Shown piece after piece: positions 1 through 12,910 of a stretch of 64,000 nt of DNA. The stretch is taken from positions 30,256,001 to 30,320,000 of the forward strand of contig NC_043004.1 in assembly GCF_006345805.1 (NCBI RefSeq). Direction: 5' to 3'. Under the pieces are notes generated by a model, which did no database searches, was not told the DNA's origin, and was given only the letters and a program-made list of their open reading frames with translations. Origin of the DNA: Octopus sinensis. Its lineage: Eukaryota. Both the position numbers and the translations under genes were made by a program. The stretch's first letter is position 1. Each line of letters starts with the position of its first letter.

Positions 1-480
1 CATTCACAATTCTTCACCCCAAATTTGTTGGCAGGAGCTCCAGGACACACCAGTCATATCAACAAGTTCGTCAATTGTTTGGTGACAGTCTTCCAAGATG
101 TTTTTATTCGTTCAGGATGTTGATGGTCACTCTGAATGAGGTTGGTATTCAAACAACAAGTGACCATCCCTAAAGCATGAAAACCACTTGTAAATTTGTG
201 CTTTACTCATGGCAGTACCTTTGTAAGTTGTTTGAGGTTTGACAACTGTTTTGGCTGCCGTTTTCCCCAGCACGATACAGAATTTCACGGAAGCACATTG
301 TTCCTTTGTTTCAACCATCACAAAAATTGACAAATAGGGGAAAATTATTGCAAAACAAAGACACACCATGTGACGACTTAACAGAACAACTCTGGTCAGC
401 AGGCTTATACCTGAGGATTGCATCAAATGGCTTCCAGCAGCAAAAGCCTGAACTACAACAGGCCTGTCTCAAAGAGAATG
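1..480 (-). mobile_element. Degraded mariner transposase 5' fragment (runs off the window edge)
   Basis: Translation from about 318: [26 protein letters not shown]...MSKAQIYKWFSCFRDG...QPHSE, then PST and IDELVDMTGVSWSSCQ after stops or frameshifts. This is the mariner HTH region. Confidence 0.8.
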
Positions 481-643
481 TTTCAGTTACACCTTGTGTA
501 ACTATCGCACAATGTCAAGGCAAGGAGATACAAACATACACACAGATATATATAAATGTGTGTATGTATTTATATATATATATATATATACATTACATAC
601 ATATATATGAATACATACATACATATATGTGTACAAATAGATA

Positions 644-706
<63 letters not shown>

Positions 707-2732
707 CATACATATATATGAATACATACATACATATATGTGTACAAATGTATATATATATTTGACTAGTTTCTATCAGTTTCCATCTAGCAAGTCACCT
801 CAGAAAAGGTAACTTGGTAGATGGAAACTGCCCAATGTACCATGCAGTGGGACTGAACCCAGAACCATGTGGTTGGGAAGCAAACTTCTTAAACACACAA
901 CAATGCCTGTACCTATAAACACAACCACCAAAACGACTTTATTGAGTGTTAAACATCTATATAGATATATTTTTTTTTGAAGAAGAAAATTCAAATCGTC
1001 TTCATTATGTCAGTTCACTTATTTATAGAAAAGTTGTCTGTCACTGACTAGTATCCTATCCAGGGTGATGTTTAACTCTCAGCCACTAAACACAAGTAAA
1101 CCTGGAGTTAAGAATTTGCCCTAGAGATCTTTTATCTTTTGTCTTTTCCTTGTTTCACTCATTAGACTGCAACCATGCACTACTTTGAAGAATTTTCATG
1201 TTGAATGTATCAACCCTGGGACCTATTTTTTAAAAGCCTAGTACTTATTATGTTGGTCTGTTTTGTCTAACCACTATGTTACAGGGATGTAAACATACCG
1301 TCACTGGTTGCCAAGTGGTGGTTGAGGTGGACACACACATACATCCCCACCCTCCCATATATATATATATGGCAGGCTTCTGGTCTGATACTATAGTGAA
1401 ACACACCTGCTCAAGGTGTCATGCGATCACATGGTAGGAAGCAAACTTCTTACCACACAGCCATATATATATATATATATATATATGGATATAATTTTTA
1501 AAAATAAGGTATTTTTAAAATGACATTTTGTTTATGTTTAGGTGAATAATTAGCAAAGAAAATTGCCATATATTAATAATTTATCATTATAAACAATGAT
1601 TATTATACCACAATCAGTTATATAAGAAATATAACTGATACAGGATTTGGTGTCATAAAACAGAAATTTGATATGTGATATTATATTATTAATATCATAT
1701 TTATTTTCTTTATTATACTATAACTTCATATAATATTACTTTTGGTGGTTGGAATAAAACTCAAAACACCATCTTTTATAATTGGTATTGATTTCTCACT
1801 TAGATATAAAAAAAACCAATATTCTATAAAGGAAGATTATAGCCTATTGATTGAATCAGACATCAGCATCATACTGGAAGAAAGTTTGTCTTATCAATTC
1901 TGGAGCAATGAAGATTTGAGCCAAGAATATAGACGTTCTAGGGAATATTTTAGTCTTCTAGCACACAACCATTTCTGCAACTTCCTTACTATAAAATATT
2001 CAAAATATGGAATAAGTGAGTGCTTGCCAGAAAAGACACGGTACATAGTTTTCACTTGGTTTTGAGTTCAAATTTTAGCCATCATCAATGTTGGCTACCA
2101 ATCTATCAAAAATCAATAAGACAAGTATCAGACATGTTCTAGAATCAATATAATTGCCTCTCTCCCTCTTCTACAAAGATGCAGTGTGGTACCTAAGTAA
2201 GAAATCAATATAAAAATATACTTTTCCTTTGCCAGTGTCTGAAATATGGAAGCAAATGTCCAATTTTACAGAAACATTCTTCACATGACAGTCTATGGAA
2301 TTTAATGGAAATTAATGGAATTTCATATTTAGTTATTTACTGGCAGTCTGTGGATACAGCATTCTAAGCACTTCTGCCTGATAGCATCTTTGGGAAATAT
2401 ACCAATGTGAGTATGTATTAAAATACAAACATACACACATGCTTGTATACATATATACATGCATGTATACATACATAAATACATGCATACATATGTATGT
2501 CTGAGTTCAAGTGTGTGTATATGTGTGAGTGTGTGTATGTGCATGTGTATGTATGTATGTATGTATGTATGTATGTATGTATGTATGTATGTATGTATGT
2601 ATGTACATGTGTATGTAAGTATGTATATTAGCAAAAAAGGTGCAGGTATGGATGTGTGGTTAAAAAGCTAGCTATACGTTCTTGGGTTCAGTTCCTGAGC
2701 CAAGTATCTTTTACACAGCAGGCCATCATATA

Positions 2733-2771
<39 letters not shown>

Positions 2772-3224
2772 TTGTGCATGTATGTGTACTTTGTTTTAAT
2801 AACATGTGATGGTTGTAAGCAAATATTAGCAGGTGAGGCTGTTCATGTTCAGTCTTCTGCAAAAAATATGCCTGGAAAATATTACATTACTTGGAATCAG
2901 GTGAAGGTAGGTGACAAAAAAGGCATCCAGCCATAGGAAATCTGCCTCAACAAATTATATCTGACATATAAGCATGGAAATGAAGATGTTGAGACAATGA
3001 TGATGCATATTAGTAAAAAGATACGTGGAAGTGCTAATATAAAAGGTTGTGAAATATGGAAATGATTTCCCAGATTGGTTCCAAGAGAAGGACTGATCTT
3101 TCTGGTAAGCAGCAGTATGATGGGTGAAATAATTAAGAATATACAGGTAGAGAAAACTCCAGGTCCATCAGATTATTAGTATTGTATGCCTAAGTGAAAT
3201 ATCAATATATACATATATATATTG

Positions 3225-3480
3225 AGTTATGCAGGCCTGGTCAGCCATCAGAGAACACACTGGGATCAACCCCTTGTAAACCCTATTGTTTACAAGAGAA
3301 CATGAGCAGCCTGTGGAAAGGTGTGCCTTTCAGTTTGAGGATTGAAAAAATGCATTGTCAAAAGAATTCATGCTGTGGCACCTGCTCCCTCTGTCAGCAT
3401 TATGCAATAGAATGTGCAAATCTTTGGCTGGGCTCAAGAGTCATACAAGGGCCTCACGTTGCATCATCAACGACTCGTTT
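3225..3480 (+). mobile_element. RTE LINE 3'-end relic
   Basis: Frameshifted C..CNRMCKSLAGLKSHTR resembles the RTE/BovB C-terminal zinc motif. Confidence 0.5.
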
Positions 3481-3546
3481 CAATGATTGCAATGATTCTT
3501 TCTTGCAATTGCTTTGCTCACATTTGAGAAAGTAGCTACTATATAT

Positions 3547-3614
<68 letters not shown>

Positions 3615-4083
3615 CCAGAGTAAACACATAATGTGAAACAAGGTAGAAAAAAGAGTACTCAAATACCAAAGTATATATATATATATATATATATAAACAT
3701 ATATGTATGTACATATGTATGTATGTATATTACTAAAAAGATGCAGGTATGGATGTGTGGTTAAAAAGCTAGCCATATGGTCTTGGGTTCATTTTCTGAG
3801 GCAAGTATCTTTTACATAGCAGGCCATCATATACATACGTGTGTGTATGCATGTATGCATACTTTGATATCTCGTAATGGTTGTGCATGTATGTATGTAC
3901 ATACACATATGCATATGTGCATATATTCTTTTATTCTTTTACTTGCTTCAGTCATTTGACTGTGGCCATGCTGGAGCACTGCCTTTAATCGAACAAATCG
4001 ACCCCAGTACTCAGTCTTTATAAGCCTAATAATTATTCTATCAGTTTCTTTTGCCAAACTACTAAGTTACAAGGATGTATATC

Positions 4084-4305
4084 GTGAAGTATATTTGCCA
4101 CCTAAATGTGGCTGATCCATTTAAGACGATGCTACTGTAGTTTATAGCCCCAGGAAAACATCTTTGCCAGTTGGCTAACGACACATTGTCTGTGCCTGAT
4201 CAGTATTTGCGAAGGGAAATCATTATTCCCATCTCTAGCCTGACGTGATACACATAGACTTGGGTTTCTGAGTAGTAACTCATCATCAGCGTGTGACAAT
4301 CTCCA
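4084..4305. mobile_element. Truncated, oppositely oriented copy of the same MITE
   Basis: Aligns to the reverse complement of 4470-4695 along its length (gatgctactgtagtttatagc, atcagtatttg.gaagggaaatcat, tagtaac.catcatcagc). Confidence 0.75.
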
Positions 4306-4379
4306 AATTGGGATGAGAAGTGATTTCAAACACAAATACATATGTTTTTTCCAGTGACAAAAAGTTACTGATCTCAAAA

Positions 4380-4740
4380 AAGCAATAATAAATCTCTGAG
4401 CGACAATTAATCAGTAAGCAGCATGACATTGTGAAGTATATTTAACACCTAAATGTGGCTGACCCATATAGGACTGTCACATGCTGATGATGGGTTACTA
4501 CCTAGAAACCTGGGTCTGTGTGTATGATGGCAGGCAGGCTAGAGTTGGGAACGATGATTTCCCTTCACAAATACTGATTGGGCACAGACAGTGTGTTTCT
4601 AGCCAACTTGAGGAGATGTCTTCCTGCAGCTATAAACTACAGTAGCATTGTGCCATATGGGTCAGCCACACTTAGGTGGGAAATATACTTCACAATACCA
4701 TGCTGCTACTGTTTAATTCTCGCTCAGAGATTTATTATTG

Positions 4741-4743
<3 letters not shown>
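4380..4743. mobile_element. MITE with ~90-bp terminal inverted repeats
   Basis: 4380-4469 (aagcaataataaatctctgagcga...gtggctgacccatat) is the imperfect reverse complement of 4655-4743. The right end abuts (TA)n. Confidence 0.8.
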
Positions 4744-4806
<63 letters not shown>

Positions 4807-5379
4807 TATTGAAAAGGTTGCAAGATGCAATGAAAATTTTAGAAAAATAAAAATAAAAGAAAAAACAAATAAGTGGGAATTTTACCATTGAGTGTGTTAA
4901 ATTATAAGGCACCAAAACAGAATATGCTTTAACACAAGAACTCACATAAAGAATCTTGCAAACCAAATCCAAAAACAAAATGAACAAAGCATATTTTCAG
5001 CAAATCTAATCACAGAATAAATAACTCGGAAATAAAACATTTTCAATTGTTATTTAATATAAATAATATTTAAAATGGTTTATTTACATGGAATGTAAAT
5101 ATATAATAAAACACGAATGTTTATCTATAACATCAGTGGTAACCAGTCATATTTTGTAAAAGAATCTTCCACTTACAGGGAGTTAGGTGTGTCTTAGAGG
5201 GCTTGCACTATAAATTATTTAGTCTGCTCTCTTGAAAATATGGAGATGAAATTTTATAAGGGAATTTATAAGTGAATAAAGTGATAGGTTGATTGTTGCT
5301 TGAGAGGATTTATTGGAAGAGAAAGTTGCTTTGGTTAGGCCTCAACAGTATCACTATTGTACTCTGAGCTCAGTATCAC

Positions 5380-5660
5380 TATTGTACTCTGAGCTCAGAT
5401 ACTCTACAACTTGAAAAGAAATATATTGAGTGGTTGGCTGGTTAACTGTACAGACTCTATATAGATTTACTCTCATGGATTATAAGCACTTACTCTTAAC
5501 ATATTTAGTTGATTTATATGATAAATACATCTATATCAATAATTTGGTAATAGCAATGGCATTCACCATTGAATTTGGATGAATAATTTGCATAATGTAT
5601 ATATTTATTAACATATTCTAATATTCTGAGAAATTAAAGAAGATAAGACATTTAAAAATT
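5380..5660. repeat. ~280-bp direct repeat, copy 1; preceded by a 25-bp tandem duplication (5346-5395)
   Basis: Nearly identical to 8990-9272, with only a few substitutions and a 3-bp indel. Confidence 0.9.
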
Positions 5661-7621
5661 TTGCTGCTGTTTTACCTCTCTATCTACCTGTCTGTCCATC
5701 CCTGTCTGTCTGTTTATCTCTCTCTCTCTCTCTCCCTCTGTGTGTGTGTATGTGTGTGTGTGTGTATATATATATCTTATATCTTTTACTTGTTTCAGTC
5801 ATTAGACTGTGCCCAAGAATTTTTAGCCGAATGTATTGACCTCAGTACTTGTGTTTTTCTTTATAAGCTTGGTACTTATTCTATCGTTTTCTTTTGTTGA
5901 ACTGCTAAGTTATGGGGATGTAAAGATACCAGCACCAGTTGTAAAGTGATGGTGGGGGACAAACACAGACACAAAGACCACACACACCACACACACACAC
6001 ACACACACACTCACACACACACCAAATCCACTCACAAGGCTTTGGTCAGCCTGAGGCTATAGTAGAAGACACTTGCCCAAAATGCCATGCAGTGTGACTG
6101 AACCCAGGACCATGTGGTTGGGAAAGAACAGTAATGTATTTACTTGCAGTTAAATGCATCTCTGGTCATAGATTGATCAATGATTTTGCATTCCTAAAGT
6201 GCTTAGCTTTATAGACAACTCATCAGATTCTAATGGTGGAGGGAATATATCTTGCAGTTAAATATCTGTCCAGTCATATGTTGAGTGGCCAATGGTTTTG
6301 TGTCCATAAAGCATTTACCTTTATGGATGATTTGTCAGACTCTAATGGCACGCATGTGCACACACATACACACATCAATGTCTTCATCATAGATTAAATA
6401 AAGTGCCAGTCAAAAACTGAGGTCAATATTATTGACTAACTCCCACCTTTCTCTATAACTGTTGGCTATGTGCCAAAATTTAATTATTATTACTGGGTTC
6501 AAATTTCATCAATGTCAGTTTTACTTTTATTCCTATAGCAGTTGTTGAAATAAAGTGCCAGTATAGTGCTGGGGATAATATAATTGACTAGCACCTTCTC
6601 TTCAAGATTTCTGATATTTTGCCTAAATTAATATTCAAGAAGCTGGTAGAATCGGAAAAGCATTGGACAAAAGCTTTGCTGTATTTCTTCTGGTTCATTA
6701 CATTCTAAGTTCACATTCTATTGAGGTGAACTTTGCCTTTCATCCTTTTAGGGTCAATAAAATAAAATACCAATACTGATGCAGTTGACTGACAACCACC
6801 TCCTCATAATTCCCGGCATTTTTCCGAAATTAGAAACAAATTAGAAACAATTATTGATTTAGTTAAATAGCTGTGACTGGTTAAGATGGCTATATGGTAG
6901 ATAAGTGGCTAAAGAATTCAAGGTTTGTATCCCATCACTAGTGATTGTTTTCAATCTAGACACATAACATTGAAATAGTTTACCAAGCTGTAAATGGGTA
7001 CTGTAGTTCTCACTAATCACTTGTAAATGGCAGGAATGCTCTATAATTTACAACTCCTTTGTCAGATCAAATTCTCCACCCTTTCATCATGATATTTCTA
7101 TTGATATACATTGTTGCTGTTTCATTTAATTTTGAAAATAATAAGGTATTTAGCAAAATATGTTGTTATTAAGTTGGTGTTCAGAAGAAATTTTAACATG
7201 ATATTTTGAAGGAAGGTTTTAATTTAGTTTACTCTAAAACAGGAAGCTTGTCTCATAGAATCAAGCATCGTCTCAAGAAGTTGGTATCAAGCTGGTATCA
7301 AAAGAGATTTAAACAATCTCTATTTAATAATAATCAATATAAATGTTGGTTTGATAGTTGATTTCTTCAGTCATACTTTACAACATAGAGAATTAACACA
7401 AGGGGTGCAGGATAAATCTTTAATAACTTTCTGAGAAAATTTTTTTTTTCCAATTCAATTTTGCAGGGGTAGGTTTGGGCAAGTGTCTTCTACTATAGTC
7501 TCAGGTTGACCAAAGCTTTGTGAGTGGATTTGGTAGATAAAAACTGAAAAAGCCCATCATATATCATCATCATCGTTTAACGTCCGTTCTCCATGCTAGC
7601 ATGGGTTGGACGGTTCGACCG

Positions 7622-7776
7622 GGGATCTGGGAAGCCAGAAGGTTGCACCAGGCTCCAGTCTTATCTGGCAATGTTTCTACAGCTGGATGCCCTTCCTAAC
7701 GCCAAGGGCATCCAGCTGTAGAAACATTGCCAGATAAGACTGGAGCCTGGTGCAGCCTTCTGGCTTCCAAGATCCC
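7622..7776. repeat. 73-bp-arm palindrome formed by foldback of an RTE-tail repeat
   Basis: Arm 7622-7694, 9-nt loop cctaacgcc, arm 7704-7776; two mismatches, one of them a G-U wobble. Confidence 0.92.
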
Positions 7777-7842
7777 ATATATATATATATATATAGTGTG
7801 TGTGTATATAATAAAAAGTCGGGGTACAGTATATACCTGTTT

Positions 7843-8387
7843 GCAAACAGGTTCATATTGTGTCCTGACCTTTTATTATATATTTTGCTTATTTGAATTA
7901 TGTTTGCTAGCCACTTTATCATTATTTTTAAAGATAATGATGACTTATTTGAATTTTAAATTTATACTTGCTCACTGACGTTTGCTTGGAAGTTGCAGGG
8001 GCTACAGTTGAACAATGTGCATGGAAAGGTAAATATGTTTTTTGAAATAGTTTATGTTGTAAGCCTAACTGATGAGCTTTAAGTGTTGGCTTGACGCAGA
8101 AAGCAAAATCAATTGATACTAGGATGTTTATCATCTCATTTGTATTTTACTAAATATATTTTACAAGTGGGAGGACTGCTTCGGAGAAATATATTTGCTA
8201 TATTCTCTGTGCATGTTTACATATAGCGAGCAATGCATGGTTTTGGAGGGCTTTAAATCCTCTTTCAAGCAAACAGATACATATTGTGTCCTGACATTTT
8301 ATTATATATTTTGCTTATTTGAATTATGTTTGCTGGTCACTTTATCATTATTTTTATAGATAACTTATTTAAATTTTAAATATATAC
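7843..8387. repeat. ~120-bp direct repeats (7843-7967, 8269-8387) around a 300-bp unique core
   Basis: gcaaacag..catattgtgtcctgac.ttttattatatattttgcttatttgaattatgtttgct is present at both ends. Confidence 0.8.
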
Positions 8388-8989
8388 ATGTATATGTATT
8401 TATCTGAGTGTGTCTTTGTGCCTGTGTTTGTCCCCACCACCATTGCTTGACGACCGATGTTGGTGTGTTTATGTCTCTGAAACTTAGTGGTTTGGCAAAA
8501 GAGACCGATAGAATAAGTACTAGGCTTACAAAGAATAAGTCCTGGGGTCGATTTCTTTTACTAAAGGCGGTGCTCCAGCATGGCCGCAGTCAAATGACTG
8601 AAATGTGTAAAAGAGTAAAAGAGTATTTCATTATTTTGTATAAGCATCAAGGAATTTGATAAAAGTTAAAACTATAGTTATTTTCAAGGTGGCAAAAGTA
8701 TATTTCTAAAGTTACCTGTCATATGATGGGATAACACTCAAGTAAAAATTTTTTATACTAATGGCACAAGGACAAACATTTTTGAGGTGAGGACTAATTG
8801 ATTACATTGACCCCACTGCATGACTGATACTTATTTTATTGACCTCAAAAGGATGAAAGGCAAAGCTGAAATGGACGGTATTTGAACTCAGAACATAAAA
8901 CCAGAAAAAGTTTCATTAAGCATTTTGTCCAAAATGCTAAAGATTCAACTATCTCACCACCTCTATTCTAGTAATAATAATAACAAGCT

Positions 8990-9272
8990 TATTGTACTCT
9001 GAGCTCAGATACTCTACAACTTGAAAAGGAATATATTGAGTGGTTGGCTGGTTAACTGTACAGACTCTATATAGATTTACTCTCATGGATTATAAAGACT
9101 TACTCTTAACATATTTAGTTGATTTATATGATAAATACATCTATATCAATAATTATTGGTAATAGCAACGGCATTCACCATTGAATTTGGATGAATAATT
9201 TGCATAATGTATATATTTATTAACATATTCTAATATTCTGAGAAATTAAAGAAGATAAGACATTTAGAAATT
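8990..9272. repeat. ~280-bp direct repeat, copy 2
   Basis: tattgtactctgagctcagatactc...gaagataagacattta matches 5380-5660 at an offset of about 3610. Confidence 0.9.
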
Positions 9273-11128
9273 GATTTTATTTTTAAATATATATAACCCA
9301 TTCTGTTTTATAAATCAACATTGAAAGGAAGTCACATGCAACTGGGGAACTTTGAAAAAGTAACTAGCTTAATGAAAATTGAAAAAAATAATTAACATCA
9401 ATATTAAAAATTCTAATTTTTTTTTTGTAATTTCTAATTAGTAAAATACTAATTGAAGAAGTAAATCTCACAGAAACGGTCATTAGATTGAATGTAATCG
9501 CTTAAATACTGGAAACAGAAGATAATTATTTTAAAACTGTTTTTCACCTAATTTCTAATGAAACCAGAAAAATTATAATATCAGTGAATAGCTTAGCCTA
9601 ACCTAATTTTGAAGAAATCCTAAATGTAGTAATTAAGAAGTAGAATTATATGATTGATCTTCAAGCTGTTTTATTTTTAGCATCTCCCTCCTGTCTTCCA
9701 TCAATATGTGATCAGAGTCTGTTTCCCACCTCTGAATAAATTTTTTCAAATTTTCTTTTTTTGTATAAATTTAAATCTGAAAGAATTTTCACAAAAGATT
9801 GTTTTTCTTGAATGATTTTTCTAATTTCATTGAAAACTCGGCAAAATTAAGTTACATTTTTCAAATGTTCTGAGAATGTCTGCTCCAATTAAATATCCAT
9901 CGAAATACATTGAGAAAGGGAAATTAGGCTATTGCCTGCTGAAATATATCAGATTTTTAGTAAATGTTCATATTTTTCCATATCCTAACATTATCATCAA
10001 TGTTGTCTGCTTCTGGGGTTATGGTATCAAAATTAAACTTTATTTAATATTGCAACCATATTTTGAGTGCATCTTGGTTTTTAGAATACTAACATTCTAA
10101 CCTTGTGTGACTTAAAAGGTGACTTAAAAAATTGGCCTCAGTTGTGTCAGGAATGGCATTTGGCTGTAAAACTGTCTCAAATAAATACAACATACATGCA
10201 TATATATATGTAGATGCATATGTCATACATAACACATATGTACATATACATATACATGCTAGCATACATACATGTATGTATGTATGTATGTATGTATGTA
10301 TGTATGTATGTATGCATGTATGTATGCATGCATGTCTGTATGTATGTGTGTATGTACATACATTCGCATATATGTATATATGTATGTATATATGTATATA
10401 TATATGTATTTATGTGTGTGTGCGTGCATGCATGCACATGTGCACATGTACGTATGTATGTATGTTAGTATGCATGTATGTATGTTTGATACATGATGCA
10501 TGTATATATATCTATGGTTTTCTTCATATATTTCAAATTAATAGCCTAAACTTAAAGTAATTTAGAGTAAACAGCAGATGATTCCTCTACTTACATAGCT
10601 TCCCTAATTATTCCTTTTTATGAAAGAGATATTCTGAAAGACACCTAATGATAGTTTTTAAACTGTAAAGCATCAATTGACACACTTTATTCATTTTCCA
10701 ACTTTCATCTTGTGCAAAGAATTAATGTAAATGCCATCTTTATTCCAGAAATCATTTATGGAATTTTTCTATTGGATATTTTCATTTGAAGGAAAAATCC
10801 TTCTAGTTAATTACATTTTGAAGTCAGTAATCTAGGAAGATCAACCCCATTTTCTTGAGAGCCCAGTAACTAATTAAGTTAAGCAGATTTTCTTAAAGAT
10901 CAATTTATTTATTGCAAAAGGTGAAAACGTAGTTTCAGTGACATCTTTGCTAGATAAATACAAAATGAAACAACTTCTCTGCGATCAAAAATTTGGCATT
11001 TAAAATCCTGTAGAAATATATAAATAAGATTGCTAAGCACCAGATAAACTTCACTTCCCGCCTACTACTTATCTTATTGAGTTTATTGATTGGTTACCAC
11101 ATAAATTAATGAAGAAACACCTACCTAC

Positions 11129-11273
11129 CTCAACGTGATCCTTGACGATCTTGAAATAAATTCCTTCTGTCCGCCATGATCAGCATAAAGGCGACCACAG
11201 ATTTTTTCAGCTGGTACTGTAGAGGGATCAGCAAACCCATCATAGATTTTTAGAGCTGCTTCTTCACAATACA
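11129..11273 (-). CDS. CUB domain, C-terminal half (VYCEEAALKIYDGFADPSTVPAEKICGRLYADHGGQKEFISRSSRITLR)
   Basis: 145-bp exon absent from the ORF track. Acceptor ctccctcccaactcag| and donor AG|gtaggt, phase 1 in and phase 2 out. Joins the previous exon in frame (G+TG = Val). Supplies the C..(D/A).L.IYDG and ICG motifs with CUB cysteines 3 and 4. Confidence 0.88.
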
Positions 11274-12539
11274 CTGAGTTGGGAGGGAGTTCAAATATAA
11301 ACAAAAGTATTAGTTCATTGAAGTGATTTCAGATAACAAAAAAAGATATTTGTTAACATTATTGTGTCATTAATTAACAGGAACACAAAACAGCAGGTGC
11401 AAAAGAATGTGTAAATTTAGTTACAAAAATTACTGGGATTATAGAGGAAATCTAACAGGCAACCGATTATTAATGATCATTCTTCCATAGTTTCCAAACC
11501 CATAATTATTTTCTCTTGTTAATTAACCATATGGTTAATTAACAGTATCTATGAGGAATTATTTATATATTAAACGTATTTGATATATGAACACGTGCAT
11601 TCACTCATACATACATATATGCATACATGCGTACATACCTGTGCCTGCATACATTTACTCATAGATACATACACACACACTTAAATACATGCATTCATGC
11701 TTATATACTTTTGTATGCATGTATATATGTATGTATGTATGTATGCATATATGTATGTATTACAAATACACATATGCATACACACATATTTATTCATAAA
11801 TCAGAAAGTTAGTGAAGACAAAAAGAAAGAAAATGACAGGAAGAATAAGTTTTAACCAGCACTGTATTAGTTTGATACTCACAAAGAAGGCAAAAGATCT
11901 CGTCATTTCAGATACTACTCCTTCATCAGAAGAAAGATTGTGAAATAAATTGTAGAAGGAGTGTGAATAAGAAAATGTGGTTGCATGGAAAAAGCACCCC
12001 AACTCAAAAAACCCCCCCAAAAAACAAGTGGGTTTGGGACCAGGTGGGAAAGTGGTTCTATGAGGAGAGGGATAGCATATATAGTAGTATATATGCGTAC
12101 TGAAATAGGCACAGTGAGGAAGGAGGAATGTATAAGTAGTTTGGAGGTACTCTGAGTTTTGTGATTCTTTGCTAGACACTTAACTAAAGGTTGTATTACA
12201 GAGCACAGTATATATATTTTCTGACTATGGAGATCAGAACAACTTGACATGACAAATTCAATTATCTTTATGATAATGAAAAATTCTAATTATGAAAGAA
12301 CATGTCTTTAGCAAAAGAATAAAACAAACAAACCCAATCACCTCATATAAATGCCTTTATACATATGTTTTCCACAATTTAAGTTGAAAAAGGTGCAAAG
12401 ACTGAAACCAGTACTAAAATGCTTTTCATGATAAAATTGCTTTAGCATTTTCTACCCTGACTTGTTTCCATATACATATCAACTTGTGTGTTCCTTTTCA
12501 ACCTTCTACGTATATATATATATGCATAGGTGTGTCTGT

Positions 12540-12910
12540 GTGTGTTTTAGAAGATATGTGTAGACTAGAGAGGAATGAAGGTAGTATACTTCTTTTGATG
12601 TGCAGCATCAGTGTGCATGTATGACAATGTGTAGATGTGGTGAGAGTAAGGTTGGGCATAAGAGGAATCAGATGCAGAATGCAAGAGAGAAGACTATGTT
12701 GGTTTGGACATGTGATGCATATGAATGAAGACTGCTGTATAAAGAAGTGCTGATCACTGCAAGTGGATGGCACCTGTGGAAAAGGGAAACCCAGGAAGAC
12801 ATGGGATGAAGTGGTGAGGAGTGATCTTAGGATGCTGGGCCTCACAGAAAAATGACGATATGTCTGGTGATATGAGGTTCTTGAAAAGACCTGTCCTCTT
12901 CAGAGAAACT
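12540..12910 (+). mobile_element. RTE LINE C-terminal relic
   Basis: RNEGSILLLMCSISV and RGIRCRMQERRLCWFGHVMHMNEDCCIKKC..LQVDGTCGKGKPRKTWDEVVRSDL match the RTE C-terminal motifs; same family as 27066-28675. Confidence 0.75.

Noticed and set aside
1742-2065. 107-aa + strand ORF in AT-rich unique-looking DNA
   Set aside because: TTG start, no recognisable motif and no convincing splice sites. It may be a decayed TE, but I cannot assign it.
2171-2192. Strong acceptor giving ...ITLR-YHTASL*
   Set aside because: Stop after 6 codons and no supporting homology.
7968-8045. LLTDVCLEVAG resembling the start of a BTB domain
   Set aside because: No HR/K-x-VLAA-x-S-x-YF continuation, and a stop follows within about 15 codons.
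9746-9776. Phase-2 acceptor giving ...ITLR-FKFIQKKKI* as the next CUB exon
   Set aside because: Stops after 10 codons, lacks the GF-x-A-x-Y motif, and sits in what looks like decayed TE coding sequence.
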